Shown here piece by piece: positions 1 through 18,000 of a DNA stretch of 64,000 nt (its first letter is position 1; each line of letters begins with the position of its first letter). The stretch covers positions 123,799,593 through 123,863,592 of the forward strand of contig NC_090378.1 in NCBI RefSeq assembly GCF_036365525.1, given 5' to 3'. The stretch comes from Heterodontus francisci. Lineage: Eukaryota. The position numbers were made by a program, and so were the translations under genes. Below the pieces are notes generated by a model, which saw only the letters and a list, made by a program, of their open reading frames with translations, was not told the origin of the DNA and searched no databases.

Positions 1-3000
1 GGACACACAGTCCCACCTCCTGCACTGACACGTCCCACAGTTATATATAATATATAATAATGGACACACAGTCCCAACCCCTGTACTGACACGTCCCACA
101 GTTATATATAATATATAATAATGGATACACAGTCCCAACCCCTGCACTGACACGTCCCACAGATATATATAATATATAATAACGGACACACAGTCCCAAC
201 CCCTGCACTGACACGTCCCACAGTTATATATAATATATAATAATGGACACACAGTCCCACCTCCTGTACTGACGCATCCCACAGTTATATATAATATATA
301 ATAATGAACACACAGACCCACCTCCTGTACTGACACATCCCACAGTTATAAATAATATATAATAATGGACACACAGTCCCACCTCCTGCACTGACACGTC
401 CCACAGTTATATATAATATATAATAATGGACACACAGTCCCACCTCCCGCACTGACACATCCCACAGTTATAGATAATATATAATAATGGACACACAGTC
501 CCACCTCCTGTGCTGACACATCCCACAGTTATATATAATATATAATAATGGACACACAGTCCCACCTCCTGTACTGACACATCCCACAATAATATATAAT
601 ATATAATAATGGACACACAGTCTCACCTCCTGTACTGACACATCCCACAGTTATATATAATATATAATAATGGACACACAGTCCCACCTCCTGTACTGAC
701 ACATCCCACAGTTATATATAATATATAATAATGGACACACAGTCCCAACCCCTGCACTGACACGTCCCACAGTTATATATAATATATAATAATGAACACA
801 CAGTCCCAACCCCTGCACTGACACGTCCCACAGTTATATATAATATATAATAATGAACACACAGTCCCAACCCCTGCACTGTCATGTCCCACAGTTATAT
901 ATAATATATAATAATGGACACACAGACCCACCTCCTGTACTGACACATCCCACAGTTATATATAATATATAATAATGAACACACAGACCCACCTCCTGTC
1001 CTGACACATCCCACAGTTATATATAATATATAATAATGGACACACAGTCCCACCTCCTGCACTGACACATCCCACAGTTATATATAATATATAATAATGG
1101 ACACACAGTCCCAACCCCTGCACTGACACGTCCCACAGTTATATATAATATATAATAATGAACACACAGTCCCAACCCCTGCACTGACACGTCCCACAGT
1201 TATATATAATATATAATAATGAACACACAGTCCCAACCCCTGCACTGTCATGTCCCACAGTTATATATAATATATAATAATGGACACACAGTCCCACCTC
1301 CTGTACTGACAGATCCCACAGTTATATATAATATATAATAATGGACACACAGTCCCAACCCCTGCACTGACACGTCCCACAGTTATATATAATATATAAT
1401 AATGAACACACAGTCCCAACCCCTGCACTGACACTTCCCACAGTTATATATAATATATAATAATGAACACACAGTCCCAACCCCTGCACTGACACTTCCC
1501 ACAGTTATATATAATATATAATAATGAACACACAGTCTCAACCCCTGCACTGACACGTCCCACAGTTATATATAATATATAATAATGAACACATAGTCCC
1601 AACCCCTGCACTGACACGTCCCACAGTTATATATAATATATAATGATGGATACACAGTCCCAACCCCTGCACTGACACGTCCCACAGTTATATATAATAT
1701 ATAATAACGGACACACAGTCCCAACCCCTGCACTGACACGTCCCACAGTTATATATAATATATAATAATGGACACACAGTCCCACCTCCTGTACTGACGC
1801 ATCCCACAGTTATATATAATATATAATAATGAACACACAGACCCACCTCCTGTACTGACACATCCCACAGTTATAAATAATATATAATAATGGACACACA
1901 GTCCCACCTCCTGCACTGACACGTCCCACAGTTATATATAATATATAATAATGGACACACAGTCCCACCTCCTGTACTGACACATCCCACAGTTATATAT
2001 AATATATAATAATGGACACACAGTCCCACCTCCTGTACTGACACATCCCACAGTTATAGATAATATATAATAATGGACACACAGTCCCACCTCCCGCACT
2101 GACACATCCCACAGTTATATCTAATATGTAATAATGGACACACAGTCCCACCTCCTGTGCTGACACATCCCACAGTTATATATAATATATAATAATGGAC
2201 ACACAGTCCCACCTCCTGTACTGACACATCCCACAATAATATATAATATATAATAATGGACACACAGTCCCACCTCCTGTGCTGACACATCCCACAGTTA
2301 TATATAATATATAATAATGGACACACAGTCCCACCTCCCGCACTGACACATCCCACAGTTATAGATAATATATAATAATGGACACACAGTCCCACCTCCT
2401 GTGCTGACACATCCCACAGTTATATATAATATATAATAATGGACACACAGTCCCACCTCCTGTACTGACACATCCCACAATAATATATAATATATAATAA
2501 TGGACACACAGTCTCACCTCCTGTACTGACACATCCCACAGTTATATATAATATATAATAATGGACACACAGTCCCACCTCCTGTACTGACACATCCCAC
2601 AGTTATATATAATATATAATAATGGACACACAGTCCCAACCCCTGCACTGACACGTCCCACAGTTATATATAATATATAACAATGAACACACAGTCCCAA
2701 CCCCTGCACTGACACGTCCCACAGTTATATATAATATATAATAATGGATACACAGTCCCACCTCCTGCACTGACACGTCCCACAGTTATATATAATATAT
2801 AATAATGAACACACAGTCCCAACCCCTGTACTGACACGTCCCACAGTTATATATAATATATAATAATGAACACACAGTCCCAACCCCTGCACTGACACGT
2901 CCCACAGTTATATATCATATATAATAATGAACACACAGTCCCAACCCCTGCACTGACACGTCCCACAGTTATATATAATATATAATAATGAACACACAGT

Positions 3001-6000
3001 CCCAACCCCTGCACTGACACGTCCCACAGTTATATATAATATATAATAATGGATACACAGTCCCACCTCCTGCACTGACGCATCCCACTGTTATATATAA
3101 TATATAATAATCGACACACTGTCCCACCTCCTGCACTGACAGATCCCACAGTTATATATAATATATAATAATGGACACACAGTCCCACCTCCCGCACTGA
3201 CACATCCCACAGTTATATATAATATATAATAATGAACACACAGTCCCAACCCCTGCACTGACACGTCCCACAGTTATATATAATATATAATAATGGACAC
3301 ACAGTCCCACCTCCCGCACTGACACATCCCACAGTTATATATAATATATAATAATGAACACACAGTCCAAACCCCTGCACTGACACGTCCCACAGTTATA
3401 TATAATATATAATAATGGAAACACAGTCCCACCTCCCGCACTGACACATCCCACAGTTATATATAATATATAATAATGAACACACAGTCCCAACCCCTGC
3501 ACTGACACGTCCCACAGTTATATATAATACATATTAATGAACACACAGTCCCACCTGCTGTACTGACGCATCCCACAGTTATATATAATATATAATAATC
3601 GACACACAGTCCCACCTCCTGTACTGACACATCCCACAGTTATATATAATATATAATAATGAACACACAGTCCCACCTCCTGTACTGACACATCCCACAG
3701 TTATATATAATATATAATAATCGACACACAGTCCCACCTCCTGTACTGACACATCCCACAGTTATATATAATATATAATAATCGACACACAGTCCCACCT
3801 CCTGTACTGACACATCCCACAGTTATATATAATATATAATAATGGATACACAGTCCCACCTCCTGCACTGACGCATCCCACAGTTATACATAATATATAA
3901 TAATCGACACACAGTCCCACCTCCTGTACTGACACATCCCACAGTTATATATAATATATAATAATGAACACACAGTCCCACCTCCTGTACTGACACATCC
4001 CACAGTTATATATAATATATAATAATGAACACACAGTCCCAACCCCTGCACTGACACGTCCCACAGTTATATATCATATATAATAATGAACACACAGTCC
4101 CAACCCCTGCACTGACACGTCCCACAGTTATATATAATATATAATAATGAACACACAGTCCCAACCCCTGCACTGACACGTCCCACAGTTATATATAATA
4201 TATAATAATGAACACACAGTCCCAACCCCTGCACTGACACGTCCCACAGTTATATATAATATATAATATTGGACACACAGTCCCACCTCCTGCACTGACG
4301 CATCCCACAGTTATATATAATATATAATAATCGACACACTGTCCCACCTCCTGCACTGACACATCCCACAGTTATATATAATATATAATAATGGACACAC
4401 AGTCCCACCTCCCGCACTGACACATCCCACAGTTATATATAATATATAATAATGAACACACAGTCCCACCTCCCGCACTGACACGTCCCACAGTTATATA
4501 TAATACATATTAATGAACACACAGTCCCACCTGCTGTACTGACGCATCCCACAGTTATATATAATATATAATAATGAACACACAGTCCCACCTCCTGTAC
4601 TGACACATCCCACAGTTATATATAATATATAATAATCGACACACAGTCCCACCTCCTGTACTGACACATCCCACTGTTATATATAATATATAATAATGGA
4701 CACACAGTCCCACCTCCCGCACTGACACATCCCACAGTTATATATAATATATAATAATTGACACACAGTCCCACCTCCGGTACTGACAAATCCCACAGTT
4801 ATATACAATATATAATAATGGACACACAGTCCCACCTCCTGTACTGACACCTCCCACAGTTATATATAATATATGATAATGGACACACAGTCCCACCACC
4901 TGCAATGACACATCCCACAGTTATATATAATATATAATAATGGACACACAGTCCCACCACCTGCAATGAAACATCCCACAGTTATATATAATATATAATA
5001 ATGGACACACAGTCCCACCTCCTGTACTGACACATCACACAGTTATATATAATATATAATAATGGACACACAGTCCCACCTCCTGTACTGACACGTCCCA
5101 CAGTTATATATAATATATAATAATGGACACACAGTCCCACCTCCTGTACTGACACATCCCACAGTTATATATAATATATAATAATGGACACACAGTCCCA
5201 CCTCCTGCACTGACACATCCCACAGTTATATATAATAAATAAAAATGGACACACAGTCCCACCTCCTGGACTGACACATCCCACAGTTATATATAATGTA
5301 TAATAATTGACACACAGTCCCACCTCCGGTACTGACAAATCCCACAGTTATTTACAATATATAATAATGGACACACAGTCCCACCTCCTGCACTGACACA
5401 TCCCACAGTTATATATAATATATAATAATTGACACACAGTCCCACCTCCGGTACTGACAAATCCCACAGTTATATACAATATATAATAATGGACACACAG
5501 TCCCACCTCCTGCACTGACACATCCCACAGTTATATATAATATATGATAATGGACACACAGTCCCACCACCTGCAATGACACATCCCACATTTATATATA
5601 ATATATAATAATGGACACACAGTCCCACCTCCTGTACTGACACATCCCACAGTTATATATAATATATGATAATGGACACACAGGCCCACCACCTGCAATG
5701 ACATATCCCACAGTTATATATAATATATAACAATGGACACACAGTCCCACCTCCTGTACTGACACATCCCACAGTTTTTTATAATATATGATAATGGACA
5801 CACAGTCCCACCACCTGCAATGACACATGCCACATTTATATATAATTTATAATAATGGACACACAGTCCCACCTCCGGTTTTGACACATCCCACAGTTAT
5901 ATATAAAAATAATAATGGAGACACACTCCCACCTCCTGTAGTGACATGTCTGACAGTTATATAGAATATATAACAATGGACACACAGTCCAAACTCCGGT

Positions 6001-9000
6001 ACTCACACGTCCCACAATAATATATAACATATACTCATGGACACACAGTCCCACCTACTGTACTAACACATCCCACAGTTATATATAATATATAATAATG
6101 GACACACAGTCCCACCTCCGGTACTGACACATCCCACAGTTATATATAAAAATAATAATGGACACACAGTCCCACCTCCTGTACTGACACATCCCACAGT
6201 TATATATAAAAATAATAATGGACACACAGTCCCACCTCCTGTACTGACACATCTCACAGTTATATATAATATATAATAATGGACACACAGTCCCACCTCC
6301 TGCACCGACACGTCCCACAGTTATATATAATATATAATAATGGAGACACAGTCCCACCTCCTGTAGTGACATGTCCGACAGTTATATAGAATATATAACA
6401 ATGGACACACAGTCCAAACTCCGGTACTGACACGTCCCACAATAATATATAACATATACTCATGGACACACAGTCCCACCTACTGTACTAACACATCCCA
6501 CAGTTATATATAATATATAATAATGGACACACAGTCCCACCTCCGGTACTGACACATCCCACAGTTATATATAAAAATAATAATGGACACACAGTCCCAC
6601 CTCCTGTACTGACACATCCCACAGTTATATATAAAAATAATAATGGACACACAGTCCCACCTCCTGTACTGACACATCTCACAGTTATATATAATATATA
6701 ATAATGGACACACAGTCCCACCTCCTGTACGGATACATCCCACATTTATATATAATATATAATAATGGACACACAGTCCCACCTCCTGTACGGATACATC
6801 CCACATTTATATATAATATATAATAATGGACACACAGTCCCACCTCCTGTACGGATACATCCCAGAGTTATATATAATATATAATAATGGACACACAGTC
6901 CCACCTCCTGGACTGACACATCCCAGAGTTATATATAATATATAATAATGGACACACAGTCCCACCTCCTGGACTGACACATCCCAGAGTTATATATAAT
7001 ATATAATAATGGACACACAGTCCCACCTCCTGTACTGTCACATCCCACAGTTATATCTAATATGTAATAATCGACACACAGTCCCACCTCCTGCACTGAC
7101 ACATCCCACAGTTATATATAATATATAATAATGGACACACAGTCCCACCTCCTGGACTGACACATCCCAGAGTTATATATAATATATAATAATGGACACA
7201 CAGTCCCACCTCCTGTACTGACACATCCCAGAGTTATATATAATATATAATAATCGACACACAGTCCCACCTCCTGTACTGACACATCCCAGAGTTATAT
7301 ATAATATATAATAATGGACACACAGTCCCACCTCCTGGACTGACACATCCCAGAGTTATATATAATATATAATAATGGACACACAGTCCCACCTCCTGGA
7401 CTGACACAACCCAGAGTTATATATAATATATAATAATGGACACACAGTCCCACCTCCTGTACTGTCACATCCCACAGTTATATCTAATATGTAATAATCG
7501 ACACACAGTCCCACCTCCTGCACTGACACATCCCACAGTTATATATAATATATAATAATGGACACACAGTCCCACCTCCTGGACTGACACATCCCAGAGT
7601 TATATATAATATATAATAATGGACACACAGTCCCACCTCCTGTACTGTCACATCCCACAGTTATATCTAATATGTAATAATCGACACACAGTCCCACCTC
7701 CTGCACTGACACATCCCACAGTTATATATAATTTATAATAATCGACACACAGTCCCACCTCCTGTACTGTCACATCCCACAGTTATATTTAATATGTAAT
7801 AATCGACACACAGTCCCACCTCCTGCACTGACACATCCCACAGTTATATATAATATATAATAATGGACACACAATCCCACCTCCTGGACTGTCACATCCC
7901 ACAGTTATATCTAATATGTAATAATCGACACACAGTCCGACCTCCTGTACTGACACATCCCAGAGTTATATATAATATATAATAATGGACACACAATCCC
8001 ACCTCCTGGACTGTCACATCCCACAGTTATATATAATATATAATAATGGACACACAGTCCCACCTCCTGTACTGACACATCCCACAGTTATATATAATAT
8101 ATAATAATGGACACACAGTCCCACCTCCTGGACTGTCACATCCCACAGTTATATCTAATATGTAATAATCGACACACAGTCCCACCTCCTGCACTGACAC
8201 ATCCCACAGTTATATATAATATATAATAATGGACACACAGTCCCACCTCCTGGACTGTCACATCCCACAGTTATATCTAATATGTAATAATCGACACACA
8301 GTCCCACCTCCTGCACTGACACATCCCACAGTTATATATAATATATAATAATGGACACACAGTCCCACCTCCTGGACTGTCACATCCCACAGTTATATCT
8401 AATATGTAATAATCGACACACAGTCCCACCTCCTGCACTGACACATCCCACAGTTATATATAATATATAATAATGGACACACAATCCCACCTCCTGGACT
8501 GTCACATCCCACAGTTATATCTAATATGTAATAATCGACACACAGTCCCACCTCCTGTACTGACACATCCCAGAGTTATATATAATATATAATAATGGAC
8601 ACACAATCCCACCTCCTGGACTGTCACATCCCACAGTTATATATAATATATAATAATGGACACACAGTCCCACCTCCTGTACTGACACATCCCACAGTTA
8701 TATATAATATATAATAATGGACACACAGTCCCACCTCCTGGACTGTCACATCCCACAGTTATATCTAATATGTAATAATCGACACACAGTCCCACCTCCT
8801 GCACTGACACATCCCACAGTTATATATAATATATAATAATGGACACACAATCCCACCTCCTGGACTGTCACATCCCACAGTTATATCTAATATGTAATAA
8901 TCGACACACAGTCCCACCTCCTGCACTGACACATCCCACAGTTATATATAATATACAATAATGGACACACAGTCCCACCTCCTGGACTGACACATCCCAG

Positions 9001-12000
9001 AGTTATATATAATATATAATAATGGACACGCAGTCCCACCTCCTGGACTGTCACATCCCACAGTTATATCTAATATGTAATAATCGACACACAGTCCCAC
9101 CTCCTGCACTGACACATCCCACAGTTATATATAATATACAATAATGGACACACAGTCCCACCTCCTGGACTGACACATCCCACAGTTATATATAATATAT
9201 AATAATGGACACACAGTCCCACCTCCTGGACTGTCACATCCCACAGTTATATCTAATATGTAATAATCGACACACAGTCCCACCTCCTGTACTGACACAT
9301 CCCAGGATTATATATAATAAATAATAATGGACACACAGTCCCACCTCCTGGACTGACACATCCCACAGTTATATATAATATATAATAATGGACACGCAGT
9401 CCCACCTCCTGCACTGACACATCCCACAGTTATATATAATATATAATAATGGACACACAGTCCCACCTCCTGCACTGACACATCCCACAGTTATATATAA
9501 TATATAATAATGGACACACATTCCCACCTCCTGGACTGACACATCCCAGAGTTATATATAATATATAATAATGGACACGCAGTCCCACCTCCTGCACTGA
9601 CACATCCCACAGTTATATATAATATATAATAATGGACACACAGTCCCACCTCCTGCACTGACACATCCCACAGTTATATATAATATATAATAATGGACAC
9701 ACAATCCCACCTCCTGGACTGACACATCCCACAGTTATATCTAATATGTAATAATCGACACACAGTCCCACCTCCTGGACTGACACATCCCACAGTTATA
9801 TATAAAAATAATAATGGACACACAGTCCCACCTCCTGGACTGACACATCCCACAGTTATATATAATATATAATAATGGACACACAGTCCCACCTCCTGTA
9901 CTGTCACATCCCACAGTTATATCTAATATGTAATAATCGACACACAGTCCCACCTCCTGGACTGACACATCCCACAGTTATATATAAAAATAATAATGGA
10001 CACACAGTCCCACCTCCTGGACTGACACATCCCACAGTTATATATAATATATAATAATGGACACACAGTCCCACCTCCTGGACTGACACATCCCACAGTT
10101 ATATATAATATATAATAATGGACACACAGTCCCACCTCCTGGACTGACACATCCCACAGTTATATATAATATATAATAATGGACACACAGTCCCACCTCC
10201 TGGACTGACACATCCCACAGTTATATATAATATATAATAATGGACACACAGTCCCACCTCCTGGACTGACACATCCCACAGTTATATATAATATATAATA
10301 ATGGACACACAGTCCCACCTCCTGGACTGACACGTCCCACAGTTATATATAATATAATAATAATGGACACACAGTCCCACCTCCTGGACTGACACATCCC
10401 ACAGTTATATATAAAAATAATAATGGACACACAGTCCCACCTCCTGTACTGACACATCTCACAGTTATATATAATATGTAATAATCGACACACAGTCCCA
10501 CCTCCTGCACTGACACATCCCACAGTTATATATAATATATAATAATGGACACACAGTCCCACCTCCTGCACTGACACATCCCACAGTTATATCTAATATG
10601 TAATAATCGACACACAGTCCCACCTCCTGCACTGACACATCCCACAGTTATATATAATATATAATAATGGACACACAGTCCCACCTCCTGGACTGACACA
10701 TCCCAGAGTTATATATAATATATAATAATGGACACACAGTCCCACCTCCTGCACTGACACATCCCACAGTTATATCTAATATGTAATAATCGACACACAG
10801 TCCCACCTCCTGTACTGACACATCCCAGAGTTATATATAATATATAATAATGGACACACAGTCCCACCTCCTGGACTGACACATCCCAGAGTTATATATA
10901 ATATATAATAATGGACACACAGTCCCACCTCCTGGACTGACACATCCCAGAGTTATATATAATATATAATAATGGACACACAGTCCCACCTCCTGCACTG
11001 ACACATCCCACAGTTGTATATAATATATTATAATCGACACACAGTCCCACCTCCCGCACTGTCACATCGCACAGTTATATCTAATATGTAATAATCGACA
11101 CACAGTCCCACCTCCTGCACTGACACATCCCACAGTTATATATAATATATAATAATGGACACACAGTCCCACCTCCTGGACTGACACATCCCAGAGTTAT
11201 ATATAATATATAATAATGGACACACAGTCCCACCTCCTGGACTGACACATCCCAGAGTTATATATAACATATAATAATCGACACACAGTCCCACCTCCTG
11301 TACTGACACATCCCACAGTTATATATAATATATAATAATGGACACACAGTCCCACCTCCTGGACTGTCACATCCCACAGTTATATCTAATATGTAATAAT
11401 CGACACACAGTCCCACCTCCTGTACTGACACATCCCAGGATTATATATAATAAATAATAATGGACACACAGTCCCACCTCCTGGACTGACACATCCCAGA
11501 GTTATTTATAATATATAATAATGGACACACAGTTCCACCTCCTGTACTGTCACATCCCACAGTTATATCTAATATGTAATAATCGACACACAGTCCCACC
11601 TCCTGTACTGACACATCCCAGAGTTATATATAATATATAATAATGGACACACAGTCCCACCTCCTGGACTGACACATCCCACAGTTATATATAATATATA
11701 ATAATGGACACACAGTCCCACCTCCTGGACTGACACATCCCACAGTTATATATAATATATAATAATGGACACACAGTCCCACCTCCTGGACTGACACATC
11801 CCACAGTTATATCTAATATGTAATAATCGACACACAGTCCCACCTCCTGTACTGACACATCCCAGAGTTATATATAATATATAATAATGGACACACAGTC
11901 CCACCTCCTGGACTGACACATCCCACAGTTATATCTAATATGTAATAATCGACACACAGTCCCACCTCCTGGACTGACACATCCCACAGTTATATATAAA

Positions 12001-15000
12001 AATAATAATGGACACACAGTCCCACCTCCTGGACTGACACATCCCACAGTTATATATAATATATAATAATGGACACACAGTCCCACCTCCTGTACTGTCA
12101 CATCCCACAGTTATATCTAATATGTAATAATCGACACACAGTCCCACCTCCTGTACTGACACATCCCACAGTTATATATAATATATAATAATGGACACAC
12201 AGTCCCACCTCCTGTACTGACACATCCCACAGTTATATATAATATATAATAATGGACACACAGTCCCACCTCCTGGACTGACACATCCCACAGTTATATA
12301 TAATCTGTAATAATGGACACACAGTCCCACCTCCTGGACTGACACATCCCACAGTTATATATAATATAATAATAATGGACACACAGTCCCACCTCCTGGA
12401 CTGACACATCCCACAGTTATATATAAAAATAATAATCGACACACAGTCCCACCTCCTGCACTGACACATCCCACAGTTATATATAATATATAATAATGGA
12501 TACACAGTCCCACCTCCTGGACTGACACATCCCACAGTTATATATAAAAATAATAATGGACACACAGTCCCACCTCCTGGACTGACACATCCCACAGTTA
12601 TATATAATATATAATAATGGAAACACAGTCCCACCTCCTGCACTGACACATCCCACAGTTATATATAATATATAATAATGGACACACAGTCCCACCTCCT
12701 GGACTGACACATCCCACAGTTATATATAAAAATAATAATGGACACACAGTCCCACCTCCTGGACTGACACATCCCACAGTTATATATAATATATAATAAT
12801 GGAAACACAGTCCCACCTCCTGCACTGACACATCCCACAGTTATATATAATATATAATAATGGACACAGAGTCCCACCTCCTGGACTGACACATCCCACA
12901 GTTATATATAATATATAATAATGGACACACAGTCCCACCTCCTGGACTGACACGTCCCACAGTTATATATAATATAATAATAATGGACACACAGTCCCAC
13001 CTCCTGGACTGACACATCCCACAGTTATATATAAAAATAATAATGGACACGCAGTCCCACCTCCTGTACTGACACATCTCACAGTTATATATAATATGTA
13101 ATAATCGACACACAGTCCCACCTCCTGCACTGACACATCCCACAGTTATATATAATATATAATAATGGACACACAGTCCCACCTCCTGCACTGACACATC
13201 CCACAGTTATATCTAATATGTAATAATCGACACACAGTCCCACCTCCTGCACTGACACATCCCACAGTTATATATAATATATAATAATGGACACACAGTC
13301 CCACCTCCTGGACTGACACATCCCAGAGTTATATATAATATATAATAATGGACACACAGTCCCACCTCCTGCACTGACACATCCCACAGTTATATCTAAT
13401 ATGTAATAATCGACACACAGTCCCACCTCCTGTACTGACACATCCCAGAGTTATATATAATATATAATAATGGACACACAGTCCCACCTCCTGGACTGAC
13501 ACATCCCAGAGTTATATATAATATATAATAATGGACACACAGTCCCACCTCCTGGACTGACACATCCCAGAGTTATATATAATATATAATAATGGACACA
13601 CAGTCCCACCTCCTGCACTGACACATCCCACAGTTGTATATAATATATTATAATCGACACACAGTCCCACCTCCCGCACTGTCACATCGCACAGTTATAT
13701 CTAATATGTAATAATCGACACACAGTCCCACCTCCTGCACTGACACATCCCACAGTTATATATAATATATAATAATGGACACACAGTCCCACCTCCTGGA
13801 CTGACACATCCCAGAGTTATATATAATATATAATAATGGACACACAGTCCCACCTCCTGGACTGACACATCCCAGAGTTATATATAACATATAATAATCG
13901 ACACACAGTCCCACCTCCTGTACTGACACATCCCACAGTTATATATAATATATAATAATGGACACACAGTCCCACCTCCTGGACTGTCACATCCCACAGT
14001 TATATCTAATATGTAATAATCGACACACAGTCCCACCTCCTGTACTGACACATCCCAGGATTATATATAATAAATAATAATGGACACACAGTCCCACCTC
14101 CTGGACTGACACATCCCAGAGTTATTTATAATATATAATAATGGACACACAGTCCCACCTCCTGTACTGACACATCCCGGAGTTATATATAATATATAAT
14201 AATGGACACACATTCCCACCTCCTGCACTGACACATCCCCGGATTATATATAATAAATAATAATGGACACACAGTCCCACCTCCTGTACTGACACATCCC
14301 AGGATTATATATAATAAATAATAATGGACACACAGTCCCACCTCCTGGACTGACACATCCCAGAGTTATTTATAATATATAATAATGGACACACAGTCCC
14401 ACCTCCTGGACTGACACATCCCAGAGTTATATATAATATATAATAATGGACACGCAGTCCCACCTCCTGCACTGACACATCCCACAGTTATATATAATAT
14501 ATAATAATGGACACACAGTCCCACCTCCTGGACTGACACATCCCACAGTTATATCTAATATGTAATAATCGACACACAGTCCCACCTCCTGGACTGACAC
14601 ATCCCACAGTTATATATAAAAATAATAATGGACACACAGTCCCACCTCCTGGACTGACACATCCCACAGTTATATATAAAAATAATAATGGACACACAGT
14701 CCCACCTCCTGGACTGACACATCCCACAGTTATATATAATATATAATAATGGACACACAGTCCCACCTCCTGGACTGACACATCCCACAGTTATATATAA
14801 TATATAATAATGGACACACAGTCCCACCTCCTGGACTGACACATCCCACAGTTATATATAATATATAATAATGGACACACAGTCCCACCTCCTGGACTGA
14901 CACATCCCACAGTTATATATAATATATCATAATGGACACACAGTCCCACCTCCTGGACTGACACATCCCACAGTTATATATAATATATAATAATGGACAC

Positions 15001-18000
15001 ACAGTCCCACCTCCTGGACTGACACATCCCACAGTTATATATAATATATAATAATGGACACACAGTCCCACCTCCTGGACTGACACATCCCACAGTTATA
15101 TATAATATATAATAATGGACACACAGTCCCACCTCCTGGACTGACACATCCCACAGTTATATATAATATATAATAATGGACACACAGTCCCACCTCCTGG
15201 ACTGACACATCCCACAGTTATATATAATATATAATAATGGACACACAGTCCCACCTCCTGGACTGACACATCCCACAGTTATATATAATATATAATAATG
15301 GACACACTGTCCCACCTCCTGGACTGACACATCCCACAGTTATATATAATATAATAATAATGGACACACAGTCCCACCTCCTGGACTGACACATCCCACA
15401 GTTATATATAATATATAATAATGGACACACTGTCCCACCTCCTGGACTGACACATCCCACAGTTATATATAATATAATAATAATGGACACACAGTCCCAC
15501 CTCCTGGACTGACACATCCCACAGTTATATATAAAAATAATAATGGACACACAGTCCCACCTCCTGTACTGACACATCTCACAGTTATATATAATATGTA
15601 ATAATCGACACACAGTCCCACCTCCTGCACTGACACATCCCACAGTTATATATAATATATAATAATGGACACACAGTCCCACCTCCTGGACTGACACATC
15701 CCAGAGTTATATATAATATATAATAATGGACACGCAGTCCCACCTCCTGCACTGACACATCCCACAGTTTTATATAATATATAATAATGGACACACAGTC
15801 CCACCTCCTGGACTGTCACATCCCACAGTTATATCTAATATGTAATAATCGACACACAGTCCCACCTCCTGTACTGACACATCCCAGGATTATATATAAT
15901 AAATAATAATGGACACACAGTCCCACCTCCTGGACTGACACATCCCAGAGTTATTTATAATATATAATAATGGACACACAGTTCCACCTCCTGTACTGTC
16001 ACATCCCACAGTTATATCTAATATGTAATAATCGACACACAGTCCCACCTCCTGTACTGACACATCCCAGAGTTATATATAATATATAATAATGGACACA
16101 CAGTCCCACCTCCTGGACTGACACATCCCACAGTTATATATAATATATAATAATGGACACACAGTCCCACCTCCTGGACTGACACATCCCACAGTTATAT
16201 ATAATATATAATAATGGACACACAGTCCCACCTCCTGGACTGACACATCCCACAGTTATATCTAATATGTAATAATCGACACACAGTCCCACCTCCTGTA
16301 CTGACACATCCCAGAGTTATATATAATATATAATAATGGACACACAGTCCCACCTCCTGGACTGACACATCCCACAGTTATATCTAATATGTAATAATCG
16401 ACACACAGTCCCACCTCCTGGACTGACACATCCCACAGTTATATATAAAAATAATAATGGACACACAGTCCCACCTCCTGGACTGACACATCCCACAGTT
16501 ATATATAATATATAATAATGGACACACAGTCCCACCTCCTGTACTGTCACATCCCACAGTTATATCTAATATGTAATAATCGACACACAGTCCCACCTCC
16601 TGGACTGACACATCCCACAGTTATATATAATCTGTAATAATGGACACACAGTCCCACCTCCTGGACTGACACATCCCACAGTTATATATAATATAATAAT
16701 AATGGACACACAGTCCCACCTCCTGGACTGACACATCCCACAGTTATATATAAAAATAATAATCGACACACAGTCCCACCTCCTGCACTGACACATCCCA
16801 CAGTTATATATAATATATAATAATGGATACACAGTCCCACCTCCTGGACTGACACATCCCACAGTTATATATAAAAATAATAATGGACACACAGTCCCGC
16901 CTCCTGGACTGACACATCCCACAGTTATATATAATATATAATAATGGACACACAGTCCCACCTCCTGGACTGACACATCCCACAGTTATATATAAAAATA
17001 ATAATGGACACACAGTCCCACCTCCTGGACTGACACATCCCACAGTTATATATAATATATAATAATGGAAACACAGTCCCACCTCCTGCACTGACACATC
17101 CCACAGTTATATATAATATATAATAATGGACACACAGTCCCACCTCCTGGACTGACACATCCCACAGTTATATATAAAAATAATAATGGACACACAGTCC
17201 CGCCTCCTGGACTGACACATCCCACAGTTATATATAATATATAATAATGGACACACAGTCCCACCTCCTGGACTGACACATCCCACAGTTATATATAAAA
17301 ATAATAATGGACACACAGTCCCACCTCCTGTACTGACGCATCCCACAGTTATATATAATATATAATAATGGACACACAGTCCCACCTCCTGTAATGACAC
17401 ATCCCACTGTTATATATAATATATAATAATGGACACACAGTCCCACCTCCTGCACTGACACATCCCACAGTTATATATAATATATAATAATGGACACACA
17501 GTCCCACCTCCTGCACTGACACATCCCACAGTTATATATAATATATAATAATGGACACACAGTCCCACCTCCTGGACTGACACATCCCACAGTTATATAT
17601 AATAAATAATAATGGACACACAGTCCCACCTCCTGTACTGACACATCCCACAGTTATATATAATATATAATAATGGATACACAGTCCCACCTCCTGTACT
17701 GACACATCCCACAGGTATATATAATATATAATAATGGACACACAGTCCCACCTCCTGGACTGACACATCCCACAGTTATATATAAAAATAATAATGGACA
17801 CACAGTCCCACCTCCTGGACTGACACATCCCACAGTTATATATAATATATAATAATGGAAACACAGTCCCACCTCCTGCACTGACACATCCCACAGTTAT
17901 ATATAATATATAATAATGGACACACAGTCCCACCTCCTGTACTGACACATCCCACAGTTATATATAAAAATAATAATGGACACACAGTCCCGCCTCCTGG